This document shows positions 24,310 through 37,400 of a stretch of DNA of 64,000 nucleotides, piece after piece. The translations under genes and the position numbers were made by a program. Each line of letters starts with the position of its first letter. Position 1 is the first letter of the stretch. A model generated the notes under the pieces. That model worked only from the letters and a program-made list of their open reading frames with translations. It had not been told where the DNA came from and did not search any database. This DNA is from Lama guanicoe (Eukaryota): assembly GCA_013239625.1 (NCBI GenBank), contig MU056313.1, positions 3,722,885 to 3,786,884 on the forward strand, written 5' to 3'.

Positions 24310-24435
24310 TTTTTTTATTTTTTATCTTTTTTTTACATTTTTTATTGATTCATAATCATTTTACAGTGTTGTGTCAGATTCCAGTGTTCAGCACAATTTT
24401 TCAGTCATTCATGGACATATACACACTCATTGTCA
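24310..24435 (-). mobile_element. Young 5'-truncated L1-type 3' end
   Basis: Poly-T plus ACATTTTTTATTGATTCATAATCATTTTACAGTGTTGTGTC... Perfect 15-bp TSD CTGTAAATACTTTTA at 24295-24309 and 24436-24450. Confidence 0.82.
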
Positions 24436-26747
24436 CTGTAAATACTTTTAAAATATGAACGGCTAAGAGATGATTTTTTAAAAACATCCACAATATCATT
24501 ATCTCATCCAAAAATTATCTTACTCTCATTTAATATGCAGACAATTGAAATTTCCCTATTGTCTCATTAAAATCTTTTTACACTTGGTTTGTTCAATAGG
24601 ATCCAAACATTCCACACTGCATTTGGTTAGGTCTTTTCCAAACCAGTAAGAGGCAGTTAATTCCCTATTTAATTCAGTGCAGCAGATAGCAATGTTTTTC
24701 TAAGGAAGATATTTGGATTGTTAGGGAAATTCAAGAAAATCACTCTGAACAAAATACTCATATTAAAAGGTCACCAGCTGATACCCCCTGTAGAAATGTA
24801 ATTGCACCTACTGCAGATAAATAAATCCTTAAAAATCTGAGCATTTGTTGTATAATTTGTTCTAAAAGATCTAAGTGAAACATTTTAAATTGTACTAAAA
24901 AAACCCTTAAATTTTAAATCAGTTCATTAGTACAACAGGCAATAACAACAAGGAAAAATACTAACGGTCTGCAGCTCCACTGAGCTCAGTTTTTAATTGT
25001 TTGGTTGCATAAGTAGTACACATTGTAGGAAAAAAATAGACCAAAAACAAAGACATATAAAATCACTAAAAACTGGAAATAAATCTTGGTATCTAAGTAC
25101 ACCCCCAAGATGATTCCATTTTAGTTTTTTGCTTTATGGAAACACTTTGGCTAGGACTAAAGGACAAAGTTAAGAAAATATGTAGATTTTCGAGATGGAA
25201 TATTGGAAATATGGGTACTGTTAGCCTGCACATTTAGTTTACGAGGGAGACAAGCACAGATTGGTGTGTACAGTTAATCCTATTATAGGTTACAGTACTG
25301 TTCAGCAATTAGAATGACTACTAACAGCAAAAGATGATCTTAAAATATTTTAATGAAGGACTCTATCACTAGGATTATAGTCATAGAAAATTCAGTATGA
25401 TAAAATGCCATTCCCATAACCAAGAGAAAAAACAAGCATGTATTACCCACTTTGGTTATCCCAGAGAGAAGAAAATAACACATATGGTATACTTTGCATA
25501 TTGCTGACCAGAAAAACATTCAGTTTTCCCTGGATGGTTACCATAGTTACATGAGCCGTTTATAACATCAAGAGGGGGAACTAGGTCACAATATTGAAGG
25601 AGTTTGAATTATGCAATTATGTTTCCTAAAAGCAGGATAAAGGGTTTAAAATTTAGGGAAGAGGGCTTTATAGTAACGTCCAAAATTGAAATTCTGGTCT
25701 GATTTTGCTGGAAAAACTTCATAAATTTGTCCAAAATTAAATAGTTGATATTGTAGACGTAAATTGTTTACCCTGACAAATAATGTCATAGCTCGATCCG
25801 TAAGTGTGATAAAAGAGATGCCAGCACATTCTGTCCTCGTAGAAAGCCCTTTATCTTAGTGAGCTCTCTTACCTTAAAATGTTTTTGCAGATAACCAGTA
25901 AGCCCAATGATAGCCTAGGATCTGGGAGTAGCCAAAATGTGTAAATGAAGCTCTGACCTCTTACCTTGGAAAGTCTGAGAGCTTGGGGCAGTGCTTGTCA
26001 TATGCTGCTCTTAATTTATTGTAGAGATTTTCCTGTTAATTTTATCAAATGGACAGAGAAGCATGGAATATATTGAAAGCCATGATAGCATAGACTTCAC
26101 TTTCTTTAAATTACACATTTTTTTTTTTACTAAGAACCTCAGAAAAGATGATTTTATTCAAGAACCATGTCTGTTGTATCAGAGTCCTGCACAGTGCTAA
26201 AGAAACAGAGGTTAGATGAAGGAACAGCAAAGAAAAAAAAATGCATCTCAAGGTTGCACAATTTCAGATTTTTTTAAATCTCATTATCACTATATAGACT
26301 CATAGATTTTTTTATACCTAAAACTAATCTTAGATCAATGATTTCCCCCAAAGGAAGAGAGAGTAGCTGGGTGAGCCCCTGCTGCTGCTGTTGTCCTGTC
26401 TGTAGGGAGGGATGGGGAAGGTTGAGAATCCCTATTAGAAATCACCTCTAAGCCAACTTTTCTTTTACAGGTGATGATATGGGGACCCAGAGAAGTCAAG
26501 TAACTAGCCCAGGGTCACACAGCAACTCATGAATAAGTGTACATCTAAAACTGAAGATTAAAACAAATACTAATCTTATTTTCCAGTTGATAATCATTGG
26601 AAAGGAGAAAAGTACCCATGGGGGGAAAAATTAAGAATTTGGGGTATTATAAAATTACTTTTTCTGAGAAGTCTTGTGGCAAATTTAACAGTATTACCTC
26701 TGAAAGAAAACTAGAGTTTCCAGAATAGTATTTAAAATAATCATAAA

Positions 26748-26786
26748 GTCTACGGCCATACCACCCTGAACGTGCCCGATGTCGTC
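26748..26786 (+). pseudogene. 5S rRNA 5' fragment (39 nt), tailless retrocopy
   Basis: GTCTACGGCCATACCACCCTGAACGTGCCCGATGTCGTC, flanked by a perfect TAAAATAATCATAAA repeat at 26733-26747 and 26788-26802. Confidence 0.92.
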
Positions 26787-29383
26787 ATAAAATAATCATA
26801 AAATTCAGAGTACTGGAAATCATGTATCCTTTGGACTGTCATTTATTTTCAAGGGCAAATGCCCCATGCCTTCAGCTCTAGTTGAAGTGGCCTTTTAAAA
26901 ATGAAACTCATGCTACTGGCCAGGAGCTTTTTGCTAAATCTTTTGTTCTTTGTAATGAGTCTAATTGATTATTTAATGAGGCTTTATTGAGGCTGTTGTT
27001 ACATTAATTGCTCTCGGTATGGATGATTTAATCCAGCACTTTGGTGACTATTGATTTAGCTTCTGAGGGTAACAAATTTTTAAAAATCGCTTATCTAATC
27101 TATTTCCTTAAATTGAGGTTCTCTAACTCTTTTATCTGTGGAAACTAGTATATCTCTCTTTATACAATATGTGTGTTTCTGAAAAATTGTATTAAAACCT
27201 TATTTTGCTACCAGTAACTTTAAATACGCTGGTTCTATAATACAGAAGACCCACATTTTGAAATTATTTATTCAACAAATAATTTACCTGATTGTCTTTT
27301 GTCTTCTAGACTGCCCTCAATTGTTTTGTTCTGCTTGAGAAAACATAGGTTATTTTCTTCCTTATCTAACTGCGGCCTACCTGGGGCTGCTTTTGCTTGT
27401 CCTAACTGGTGTTCATTCCAGATACTTTAGCATAATATCCTTTGCTCACAGAAATGCCATCTTCAGGGAGAAGACTTTGAAGAAATGCCTGATGTGACAG
27501 TAGAAATATTTTCTTCCGGTATCTCATCTAAAGTAAGTACTGGAATTAGATTAAAAAACAAATATATAAAGGTATGGGGAAAATTTTGTACAGAAAATAT
27601 TAGAAGCTAAAAAGCCTTCTGTTATGGGGAAATTGAATCAGAGAAAGGAGTGATTATTTGAGCCATTAATGGTGGGGGTACAACATTAGAATTAAAATTT
27701 AGGGAACATGATATTTAAATTATATCTGTAGGAAAAAAAATTATATCTGTAGAAACTATTTGTAACACTTTTATGCATAACAAAAAATACAAATGTAGTA
27801 CAGGGTTGGACTAAGAGTCTATCTAACTTAATCTTTGAAAAATGGCATGTTGATTCAAAAATAATTTCAAAATTGCTGGTGACTTCCTTACCAAAGTGCC
27901 TACTATATCGAAAGAAATAGTTTTAAACTCTTGCCAGGCCCAGGGAAAGAGAAGTCACCTGATTTAGTTATCAGATTTACATCTCTTATCATCAAACACA
28001 TGAACATGGTCCTGTTCAACATGAAATGCTCTCTGGTAGTCTCATTGAGGTCCCTTTATGGTAATGTGGGCTATTGGGAATCACAGGCTTCCAGGTCTAC
28101 CCAGGGTTCTCTCTTCCATGCTCCAAGTACAAAATCCTGAGGCTTCAGTTGAGAATCTAAATCTACTATTGAAGGGGCGGGGTGGGGGGGACAGGCTTTC
28201 TCCCTGTGGAGTCAGGGGAGGCCCTCCCACACTGGAGGAAACACAGACCTCAGACTCTTTAAGTACCACCGGCCACCTATCAGTCTGAAACTTGAAGTGA
28301 CTGGCTCTCCTTTTCATTGATAACAAAGAATGCCTGCACTACAGATGGTTTACAGGCATATGGTTTTTGAATAAACTTTTACTGCTGCTCTTGTGGTGGT
28401 GGTGGTATTTTTTAAGAGGGGGCTTATAAAAATGACTCAGATTAAGAGTAGAAATTTTCAAAATAGGCAGCCCTAAAAAGAAGTGCATTGAATTTCAACA
28501 TTCAGTCTACTGCCCAAAGTTAAGTACTTTTAATACTATTTTGTATGTCCTCCCAGTCTTTTTTTCATCTGTTTACTTTTTTTTTACAGAATTGAGCTGA
28601 AATGTATACATTCATCTGTATGGTTTATGATGACTAGGTAATGTTCCATCACATAATAATATTGTAAGTTAATTACTTTATACATTTTGGTTGTTTAGGC
28701 TTTTAGTTTTTCTGTCTCGTAAGGCTGAGATGACCATCTGTGTGCTCAGTTATTTTTATGTGTTTTGGATTATGTCCTTAGTAGAGGCCCCTTCCAGCAG
28801 AATTATTGGGTAAAATCTTCTGCTACATATTGATATTCAGGCAGGTTTTCTCTTTTCCTTCCCTACTCCCTTCCTCCTGTGATCGTTCACCAGTATCCAC
28901 AATAGTAGTTGCTTCCTTCTGTGCCTTATTTTATACTCTTTGGGATCTTGTATTCTTCTCAGATTCCTCTTTCAGTTGCAAAACTGCCAGCTAACACAGT
29001 GGGACCCCTTTGTATTTCTCCATTAGCCTCAACTTGAGAAAGAGACAAGCTCAAGATTCACATTTGATCCATCCTACTTCTTAAACTTTCATCTCTTCCC
29101 GATCTTTAACAACAGAAATACAAATCAAAATATTTTACATATCTCATCTTATTTAACCCTCACAATTACATTAAAGCAGTCTTATCATCTTTGTTTTATA
29201 GATGCAGAAATTGAGGCACAGGGTTTAAATAACTTGCCCAAGATCATACATTAAACAATAGATTGAAGATTTCAATCCAGGCTTATCTAACTTCAGAATT
29301 CTTTCTATTTTACCACTGTTCCTGCCTAGTTAAAAGAAAACTCTATGAACAAATGCCCAGTGGATTAATTTCCCAAATAATGA

Positions 29384-29948
29384 TGTAGGGGAGGCAAACC
29401 TTCCTCTTAGATTCTGTGTCTAGGGCCTGCGAATGAGACTGAAAAGGATACACTCACAGGAGAAATGGCATACAAATTTTGTCTGATGCTAATATTTCAA
29501 TTTTTTCACATACATGGAGCCCTTCATGTAAAGTAACTATCTAGAGAAGCAATTAAGCTCCAGGGGCTCATGTGCCATCTTAACAAAGGGTGATAAATTG
29601 TGGAGAGGTGACAAGACAAAGTAAAAGGGCTTTGGGCTTCTGCACGTAGTACATTGTGGGAAAGTAAATACACTAGGGAAAGTGACGGAAGCAGGGTGAT
29701 TTAGTGAAGTTTCATTTACGTAGACTTATCTCGATGTCATCTCCATCTCCTGCAATACACATTTTTCCCTTCCTGGTATGGGAGAGGGTAACACCCTCAC
29801 AAAGGGAAATTTGTGCTCAGCTTTTAGGCAGAAACGGCGAGAGCAAACAGTTTTTCTTGCATCTGCTGTTTCTCAATTTCCATCAGCACAAAACAATCCA
29901 AATGCCAAAGGTGGCATATTTGGGGATGGAGTATTCCGGTCCTCTTCA
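29384..29948 (-). mobile_element. MER34-family ERV1 solo LTR
   Basis: Minus strand starts TGAAGAGGACCGGAATACTCCATCCCCAAAATATGCCACCTTTGGCAT...AATTGAGAAACAGCAGATGCA, a MER34A-like start. TG...CA termini. Confidence 0.72.
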
Positions 29949-31544
29949 GTTTACCACTGCCACTTGATGTGATTAGAGAAATGACTGACATCCAGCGCTC
30001 CTTTATTCTTTGTTTTCCTCTATTACATTTTCCTCATGTTCAGGCCACTTATTCTTTCAGTTTTTCCCTCAGTCTTGGCTCCATGACTGTGAAATTGAAA
30101 TTTTAATTAGGTAGCACAAAATGATTTTCTAAGAGTGCTGTTAATTAATAAAAAGCATTGCGCTTTAGGTGCTGTTTTGAAATTAAGAAAATTGAGCAAA
30201 ATTGCATTTGTATTCTGCTTTAATAATAAACATAGCCTGATGCAAAGGAACTTATGAATATTACCAAAACAGATAATATAGCCTTACCTTTTTTCTTTTC
30301 TTTAGTAGTGTTGAATGCACATGTATTATAAATTACTCAGGCCAATGTCATCCTGATTCGCTGAGATTGTTGCTCCTGGAAACCAATAAAGTAATCAAAA
30401 TTCCCAAAGACAGTGAAAACTAATCATACTCACAAGTGAGACAGTAGAACACTGTATGGTCACGTAAACTTGTGGAGAAAATGTGTATCATTCAAAGTAG
30501 AGAATTAAAAGCAAGGCAAAGCTGGATGATGGTGGTACGTTTATTTGGTCTGTCCGTGAAAATTTTCACCAGGAGGAATACTGTATAAGAGGCACAAATG
30601 TCAAATGGCAAAGCCACGAAGCAGATCAGAGGCAAAGTTAGCAACAGGGTTTCCAGCCAGTTTTGAACCCTCTCCATCAGAATGATCTTCAGCAGTTACT
30701 GGAAATGCATGTTTCTGGACCATAGCCTAGTGTGACTTAACAAGAAATCGCAGAAGCAGGGCCTGGGAATCTGCTTTTTAGACAAGCTCCTCGTAGTTCT
30801 TTACTCACTGAAGTGGAAAACCACAGCCTTGTCTCTGATTCCCTGCCTAGTTGCCAGTCACTTGAAGAAGTCTAGTCGCCTTGTGGCCCCACATTTGTTA
30901 TTTTCATGTGTAGCTAAATGTTGGCAAATTTTTCTTCAGGGTTTGCATTCTTGAAATAATCAGACATTTATAAATCTTTTAAAATACTCCGGTATTTTAT
31001 TAATAAAGTGCTTTCCATCAAATTATATGACGAAGTTAGAGACATGTATCTAATACCATTGTAAACAAACTCGGCTGAAAAATATTTTCCTGATAAAATA
31101 TTAAGAAATCAAAACCATTTAGGGAGACTTCTGAAATACTTAGAGACAAATGATTTGCTTCACAATAATATAGGAAGTAGGGTAGTTGATGAAGTTACAG
31201 ATGAAATATGATTGACAATGAGTTGGTAGATATTAAGTTGGGTGATGATTATATAGGAGTTCATGATATTATTTTGTCTGCTTAATATACTCCATAACAA
31301 AAAAAATTGAAAGAAACAAAAGCTGCCCACCCTATGCTTTCTAAAGACTGTCTTATTACGAAATCCCTGGGGTTTGCTGCTGATTACTCTCTTGGTTTCG
31401 CTACTGGGAATTTTAGATATAAAACTAAGAATATATTAACTGTACATTAGTTGTAATTTTAAAGCTCAGTTAAGCCTAAGTTAAGAGACCCAGAATGTGT
31501 TTACTATTGATAAGATTTTTTTAAAATTAAGAAATTCCTACAGT

Positions 31545-31900
31545 GTTATCACTGGATGGATAGAAAAACAAAATGTGGTATGTTCACATAAAGGAAAAGG
31601 AAGTCTTAAAAGGGAGCAAAGTTCTGACACATGCTACGATATGGGTAAACCTTGAGGACATTCTGCTAAGTGAAATAAGCCAGTTACAAAAGGACACATG
31701 CTGTATAATTCCACTTGTAGGAGGTACCTAGAATAGTCAAATTCATAGATAGAAAGTGAAATGGTGGTTGCTGGGCTGAGGCGGGGTCGGGGGGATGAGG
31801 ACGACAAAGTTCTGGAGATGGATGGTAGTGATGGCTGCACAACAATGTGAATGTACTTTAAAATGACACATTTTGTGTTATGTGTATTTTACTATAATTT
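31545..31900 (+). mobile_element. L1MB-type 3' end
   Basis: AAACCTTGAGGACATTCTGCTAAGTGAAATAAGCCAG; AAAGTTCTGGAGATGGATGGTAGTGATGGCTGCACAACAATGTGAATGTACTT. Confidence 0.8.
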
Positions 31901-33307
31901 TAAACATTATTGAGCATCTACTAAGTGTCCCCTGATGAACAAGGCAGTAAGTTGCCTGGCCTCGTGAAGCTTCCATTGTAGTGGAGGAAACAGATAATGA
32001 CTAAGCAAAAATTAAGTAAGATAATTAAATAAAGAGGGGTTTGTGAGTACTGGGAGTAAGAGAGATTCACTCTGGACAGTGATATGAGGTAAGACCTAAA
32101 GGATGAGAATGAACCTTTAAAGTCATTCTAGGTAAAGGATGCAGCAAGTATTAAAGTCCTGAGGATGGGAAGAGGAAGAGAATGAGACCAGGGTGATGGA
32201 AGAAGCATGTACTATGGTCTGGAATCTTTTGAGTTTGTTCGAAGAAGGATAATAATGGGTTAGAGCAAGAGTTGGCAAACTTCTTCTGTAAAGGACCAGA
32301 TAATAAATCATTTAGGCCTTGCAATCCCAGAGGAAAACAAACAAACAAATACATTCCTACAATGACATTGGTAAGAGAAATGTCTGACATGCTGTCTATA
32401 ATTTTAAGAAAGGTAAGGCCAATAGTGACCATTTCTTTGCTCCACTTAGAAATGACCAGAGCCCTACCTGAACTATCCTCCATCCAAAGGTGGGACTAAT
32501 AACAGGAAGAGGAGCCATAAGTGAGAAGTAACAGAAAAATACAATGTTTGTTAAAAGGCTTACTTGGATATTTGGAAGAGATCATGCTGTTGAGCTAAAT
32601 TAGAGGTGACGTTGGAAGTAAGCAACTTTGCTTTTGACACCTGTGAGCACCATTCCATTCTCCAGTAAATTCCTTAGGTGTTTGGCATATCAGGCCCAAT
32701 AAATGTTTATTGAATAAGAGGTTTACGTGTTTTCTGTGTTTCTGTTTATTTCCTAAGAAATCAGTGCCCTAATGCTGCCCCCTTCTGGCCCCATGACCCT
32801 CTCTCTGGACTTTTCTCCTGAGCCTGAACCTTCCCAGGCAACGCTGCCCACTACAGACCTAGGTGGTTTGACTGTGTGGTTCCCCTTCCCCACAAAGATA
32901 CTAAGATGTCAAAAGACATCAGTAGTGTAGGTAGAGTAAGTTAGTTTTTCCTACTTTTGAATTTCATATTTGATTTTTTAAAATCTTACCCAAGTTGACC
33001 TACAACTCATTATGGACTTCTACTGTGTAAGAGGGTAGTGAGCTGTGGTATGTGCTATATAATACGGATATGTGCCAGAGTATTTTCCCCACATTTAAAA
33101 CTAAAAGTGATTTTTGCCAAATGTTCTCTTAAAAAATAATTAAGTTTACCTTTTTTTTCTGGAGATAAATAATTCTTTTTCATAAATTTTTAAAGTCATA
33201 AGGGAAACACAATAAAGCAAATAACTGGTTTAAGCCAAAATTGGGATTTAATTTCTTAAAGGTAGTCTCGGTAGATTGACTTTAAGTTAAGGTTATAAAT
33301 AGATTTT

Positions 33308-33442
33308 TTTAACATTTTTTTTATTGATTTATAATGATTTTACAATGTGTCAAATTCCAGTGTTCAGCACAATTTTTCAGTCATACATGGACATATACAC
33401 ACTCATTGTCACATTTTTTTCTCTGTGAGCTACCATAACATT
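33308..33442 (-). mobile_element. Young 5'-truncated L1-type 3' end (same family as 24310-24435)
   Basis: Near-identical to the 24310 copy. TSD TTATAAATAGATTTT at 33293-33307 and 33443-33457. Confidence 0.82.
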
Positions 33443-33939
33443 TTATAAATAGATTTTAATTAATGTTACTTACAGCATGAAAATATATTGACAATGTGGT
33501 TCAATAGTGAAGCTATTTAAAACCGTAAGTCAAAGCAGTATTAATAAAAATAGATTCTAAAACAATTTTTTATAAGACTTTGTAAAAACATTTTCTTATT
33601 GAGTGAAATGATCAGACTCACATATAAGCTCAGTAGTTACAAAATTATTGTTGATGTGTTGGTTTCTAAATCTCTTTTATAGACCTACTTGTGCATAAAA
33701 AATATTTTTGAAACTGCAAATAAAGAGTAAAATTTGCCTCTTTCAAAGGACCCTGTGCTTATTTTGGCTGTGCAAGTACTTGGTCCTGGAGTGAATTTGA
33801 AATACACACTCCCAGATGTCATTTTCAATTGAAATGAGACCATTTTGGTCCTTGTTCTTGATGCTTGTGAAGCTCCCAAAAGCTTGCTCGTTTAACTTGA
33901 GCATTGCTGCAAAGTTTTCACTGCCTGTGAGTAGCAGAC

Positions 33940-34024
33940 TTTTTTTTTGGTGGAGGTACTGGGGACTAGAGATGTGAATCCAGGACCTCACACATCTAGG
34001 CATGCACTTTACCACTGAGCTACA
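33940..34024 (-). mobile_element. tRNA-Ala-derived SINE inserted in the Charlie fossil
   Basis: Poly-T, then GGTGGAGGTACTGGGGA...CCAGGACCTC...CACTTTACCACTGAGCTAC. Confidence 0.78.
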
Positions 34025-34352
34025 GTGAGATACTTTTCTTTTGCAGAAATACTGAACTTGTCTAGAGAGAGATCAGGAATCTCTACACCAGACTACTGTT
34101 TACAAAGTTCCTTCTATTTCTGCAAAGTGAAGTCCTCAAGCTGAGCAGAAGGGTCAGAGGCAGGGTACCTCGCTGAGTCGTTGAGTGGTGTTGGAGGGGA
34201 GGGTCAACATGTTCCACAATGTCTGTAGTTCTTCCAGGAGGTTTGCAGTAAGACTTGAGACTCTCAGAAATCTTTCCTCACTCTTAGGGCCAAACAGCAG
34301 TGGAAACATTGCAGGATGTTTATCAACATGATTTTTCCAAATATTCAATTTC

Positions 34353-34422
34353 TTTTTTTTTTACATTTTTTATTGATTCATAATCATTTTACAGTGTTGT
34401 GTCAAATTCCAGTGTTCAGCAC
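34353..34422 (-). mobile_element. Young, very short L1-type 3' end (third copy)
   Basis: Same sequence as the 24310 copy. TSD AAATATTCAATTTC at 34339-34352 and 34423-34436. Confidence 0.82.
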
Positions 34423-37400
34423 AAATATTCAATTTCTTTTTTAGACCCAAGCATCTTGTTACTTGGAGTCAAAACATTTTCTCCATGGCCTCAAAGATAC
34501 TTGTTCAGCTAGTTCCTGCGATGAAGTATTTGCCACATGGTCCAGTTTCTGCTGACATTATCTTCAAAGCATTCAGAAAAATTGGATCATCAGGTAACTA
34601 GCATATGCTACACCCAAGAACAGTTAGAATTTTTATGCTATCCATGTTTAATTGAACCACTAATATTTAGTTCATACTAGTTTTTTAAAGTAAGGGTTTT
34701 CTAGGTTTACTCATGCAGCAATCTCAGGGCTTCCAAAAAGGGCCACCTTGTTCCACAACTCCAAGGGACCTCAGTGTAGTCCATGTGAACGTTGTCCCCA
34801 AGTGTTGTGCAACCCAGTGACTCTGGATTTCTTACTCAAGCCCTCTTTGTTTCCATCTCTTGGACCTTCCTAAGAAGGGATGCATTCTTTGATTAGTCAG
34901 GGGGTAAATGAGGCCGGCTCATTACATGGAAATTGTCATTACTCCCACTGCTGCAATACTGACACAGGTAAAACTCATGCCGGGGACGAGAGGTCAGGAC
35001 CCTCTTGTCCCAAATGCCCCCTTCCCTTCTTTACCTGCCTTCTCAAAATCTAGTAGGGCTGGAACGGGGGATTTCTACTTCTTGGCTAACCCTGTATGGA
35101 CTTCCTCAAAGTCACATTACCCTTCTCTCCTTCCCTATATGAGTCATAATGGCAGGATGACTGCTGGGGACTGTGAATTTCAGGGGAAGGGAGGAGTATT
35201 TTCAGAACAGTATTCTTATTTTACCTGCTGTACCTATATCAAAGGTCTTGTTAATTGCATTCAATATTTTGAAATGAAAAATGAGGACAAAGGTGTACTT
35301 CTTTACCCAACATTGGTTTCCAAACTGCAAGTTACTGGGCATGTAATTCTTTCATTAAATAATCCAGTACAGTGCATACAAGTAAGACAAACTTGAGATG
35401 CTTTTGTGGACCTTTTATTAGCTTTTAATTCATGAGAACCATTTTTTTCCCTCAGCAAGTGTAGAAAAATATTTAATATACAAATGGCAAAGAGTAATGA
35501 GACAGGATTCATTAAATTAGAACCAGGTAATTGTTTGATCTTCTAAAAGAACACTAGGTCTGAGTCCCTAGTTCAACATTTACACATGGTGAGTTCTTGC
35601 AGTGCTGACATAGTTTTATTTTTGACCTAGGTAATTGTTATGTTGGCATTTAATAATTGGACTTTATGGACTTCTGAAATTATATTTCACAAGAAGAAAT
35701 GGTAAACTATTTTTAGTGTTACATAAATGTTAATTTATGTGATGTTCCCTTAAGCCTGACCTGGGTCCCTACTAACTGCAAATTCTAATATTGCATATTA
35801 CTTAAAAACAGGTTAGTTCCATTTGGTAATTGGTGGCTTTCTGTCTACATCCACTACCTGTTGCAGAAGGAAGCTGCCATCTACACCAGGCCTCACAATT
35901 GCTAAGCCTCCTTCTGTTCAGTCCCAGGAGCCAAGGAATTGAGAGAGGTAGAAGGAATTCAGCCTTGGGGTGTGGCCGCCTCCTTCAACCAAAGTAGGTC
36001 TGCTCCTGTTTTCACACACCCAGGGCTCCATTTTTCTTTGAAGAAATATGACTAAAAGAAAGCTTGAAATCCACTGATTGCATATTCTGAGCTCAGGTTT
36101 AATCATTTCAATGTCCAGATTACAGTCGTAAGGAAAACACTAGGTGATTCTAATCTTGTGGCTGTGTCTTTACATTTCTCTTCCAGTTTTGTGCATTATA
36201 CGTAAGTTCCACTTCTACGTAAGAGCAGTTTTATGGCTCCTTGTACTTGCTGTTTATGCTGCATCCGTTTGGTTGTTCCTAATGACTTCCAAGGATACTG
36301 ACTCTACTCAAAAGTTTCAAAATCACAAAAAGTATTTGCTTTCTGTTAAGCACTGGCATATGAAGTCTCTAGTTTTTACTAAAAAGAGTATCCTGTATCT
36401 AACCCTTCCTGTTTAGTATTACTTTTTTTCTTTCCAAGTTAGTCAATTTAGTTTGGGAACTTGCCCACTAACTACACATTTTCTTGCTGTACAAACCACA
36501 AAGGAAGAGATAAAAACTTTAAAAATTAGTATTTTTACATAATGATCGTCCTTCAGTAGTCTTTTTAAAGAAGGGAAACAGAAAAATGGAGAGAGAGTAA
36601 AGCTGGTAATAGGGAAGGGAAAAGGAATGGTTCCAGCTGGACAGCAATTAACCCGCGTTCAGTGAAATTTCCTTTTTTTTTTTTTTGCAGAGGGGTAGTA
36701 GGAACATGAATGGCTTGACAGCTCTGCACTCATCTATTTTTGTTTAAATGGTAGAAAGCTACAAAGAGCTTCTTTAATCATCCACCACAGAAAATATTTT
36801 TCAAGTCATGATTGAACAGATACCCATAGATTTGCCAGTGTCTCAAAGTGTCAGTGTAGGACTTCAGCACCACTGAAGACAAAGCCTACTAATTCTCCTT
36901 AAGTTGATAACACCGTTGTAGAACTGACCTGCTTCCAGACGATGCTTGCTTTAGTTACCTTCTCACTACCAGTCGCTTTGGAATCCAAAGAGGAAGGCGA
37001 AATCTGTACCAAGAAAAGCTGTTCTTGGCAGAGAGAACGATGGCCCTTTCACACCTAATTTAAAATGGAGCTTGCGTCAGATAACACATACCAACAGCCT
37101 TGGAATTACACATATCCTCATGACAATTACCCCAGCCAATGGCAGCAGCTGCAGGCCCCCCAGATTGGGGTTAAACTCATGAAAATACCATTCTTTAAAA
37201 ACAACTTTCTAACTTTACCATTAAAAAAAAAATTCCCTATTTTAGCACCGTCAAGAAAAATTAATTTCAGGACTTCAATTCACCTTGACTTAGAAGAAAA
37301 ATCAGTATTTCCTAAATTGATATCCTATTTTATTGAGTAAACTGATTGCAAATTATTATTATTTAACAACTTCAGCTGCACCCACATGGGTTACTTCCCT

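Larger units (their letters stand above)
33700..34600 (-). mobile_element. Fossil hAT-Charlie transposase coding region, interrupted by a SINE and an L1 fragment
   Basis: Minus-strand peptides in colinear order: GENVLTPSNKMLG, LNIWKNHV...MFPLL, LSLDKFSISAKEKY, AVKTLQQCSS, EQAFGSFTSIKNK...ISIENDI. These match the C-terminal half of Charlie/Buster transposases. Confidence 0.75.

Noticed and set aside
36959-37054. Possible 96-nt minus-strand exon (TTAG|GTGTG...GAAG|GTAACT) downstream of CDKN2AIP
   Set aside because: Weak polypyrimidine tract, no recognisable peptide and no partner exons. Cannot be supported without RNA data.
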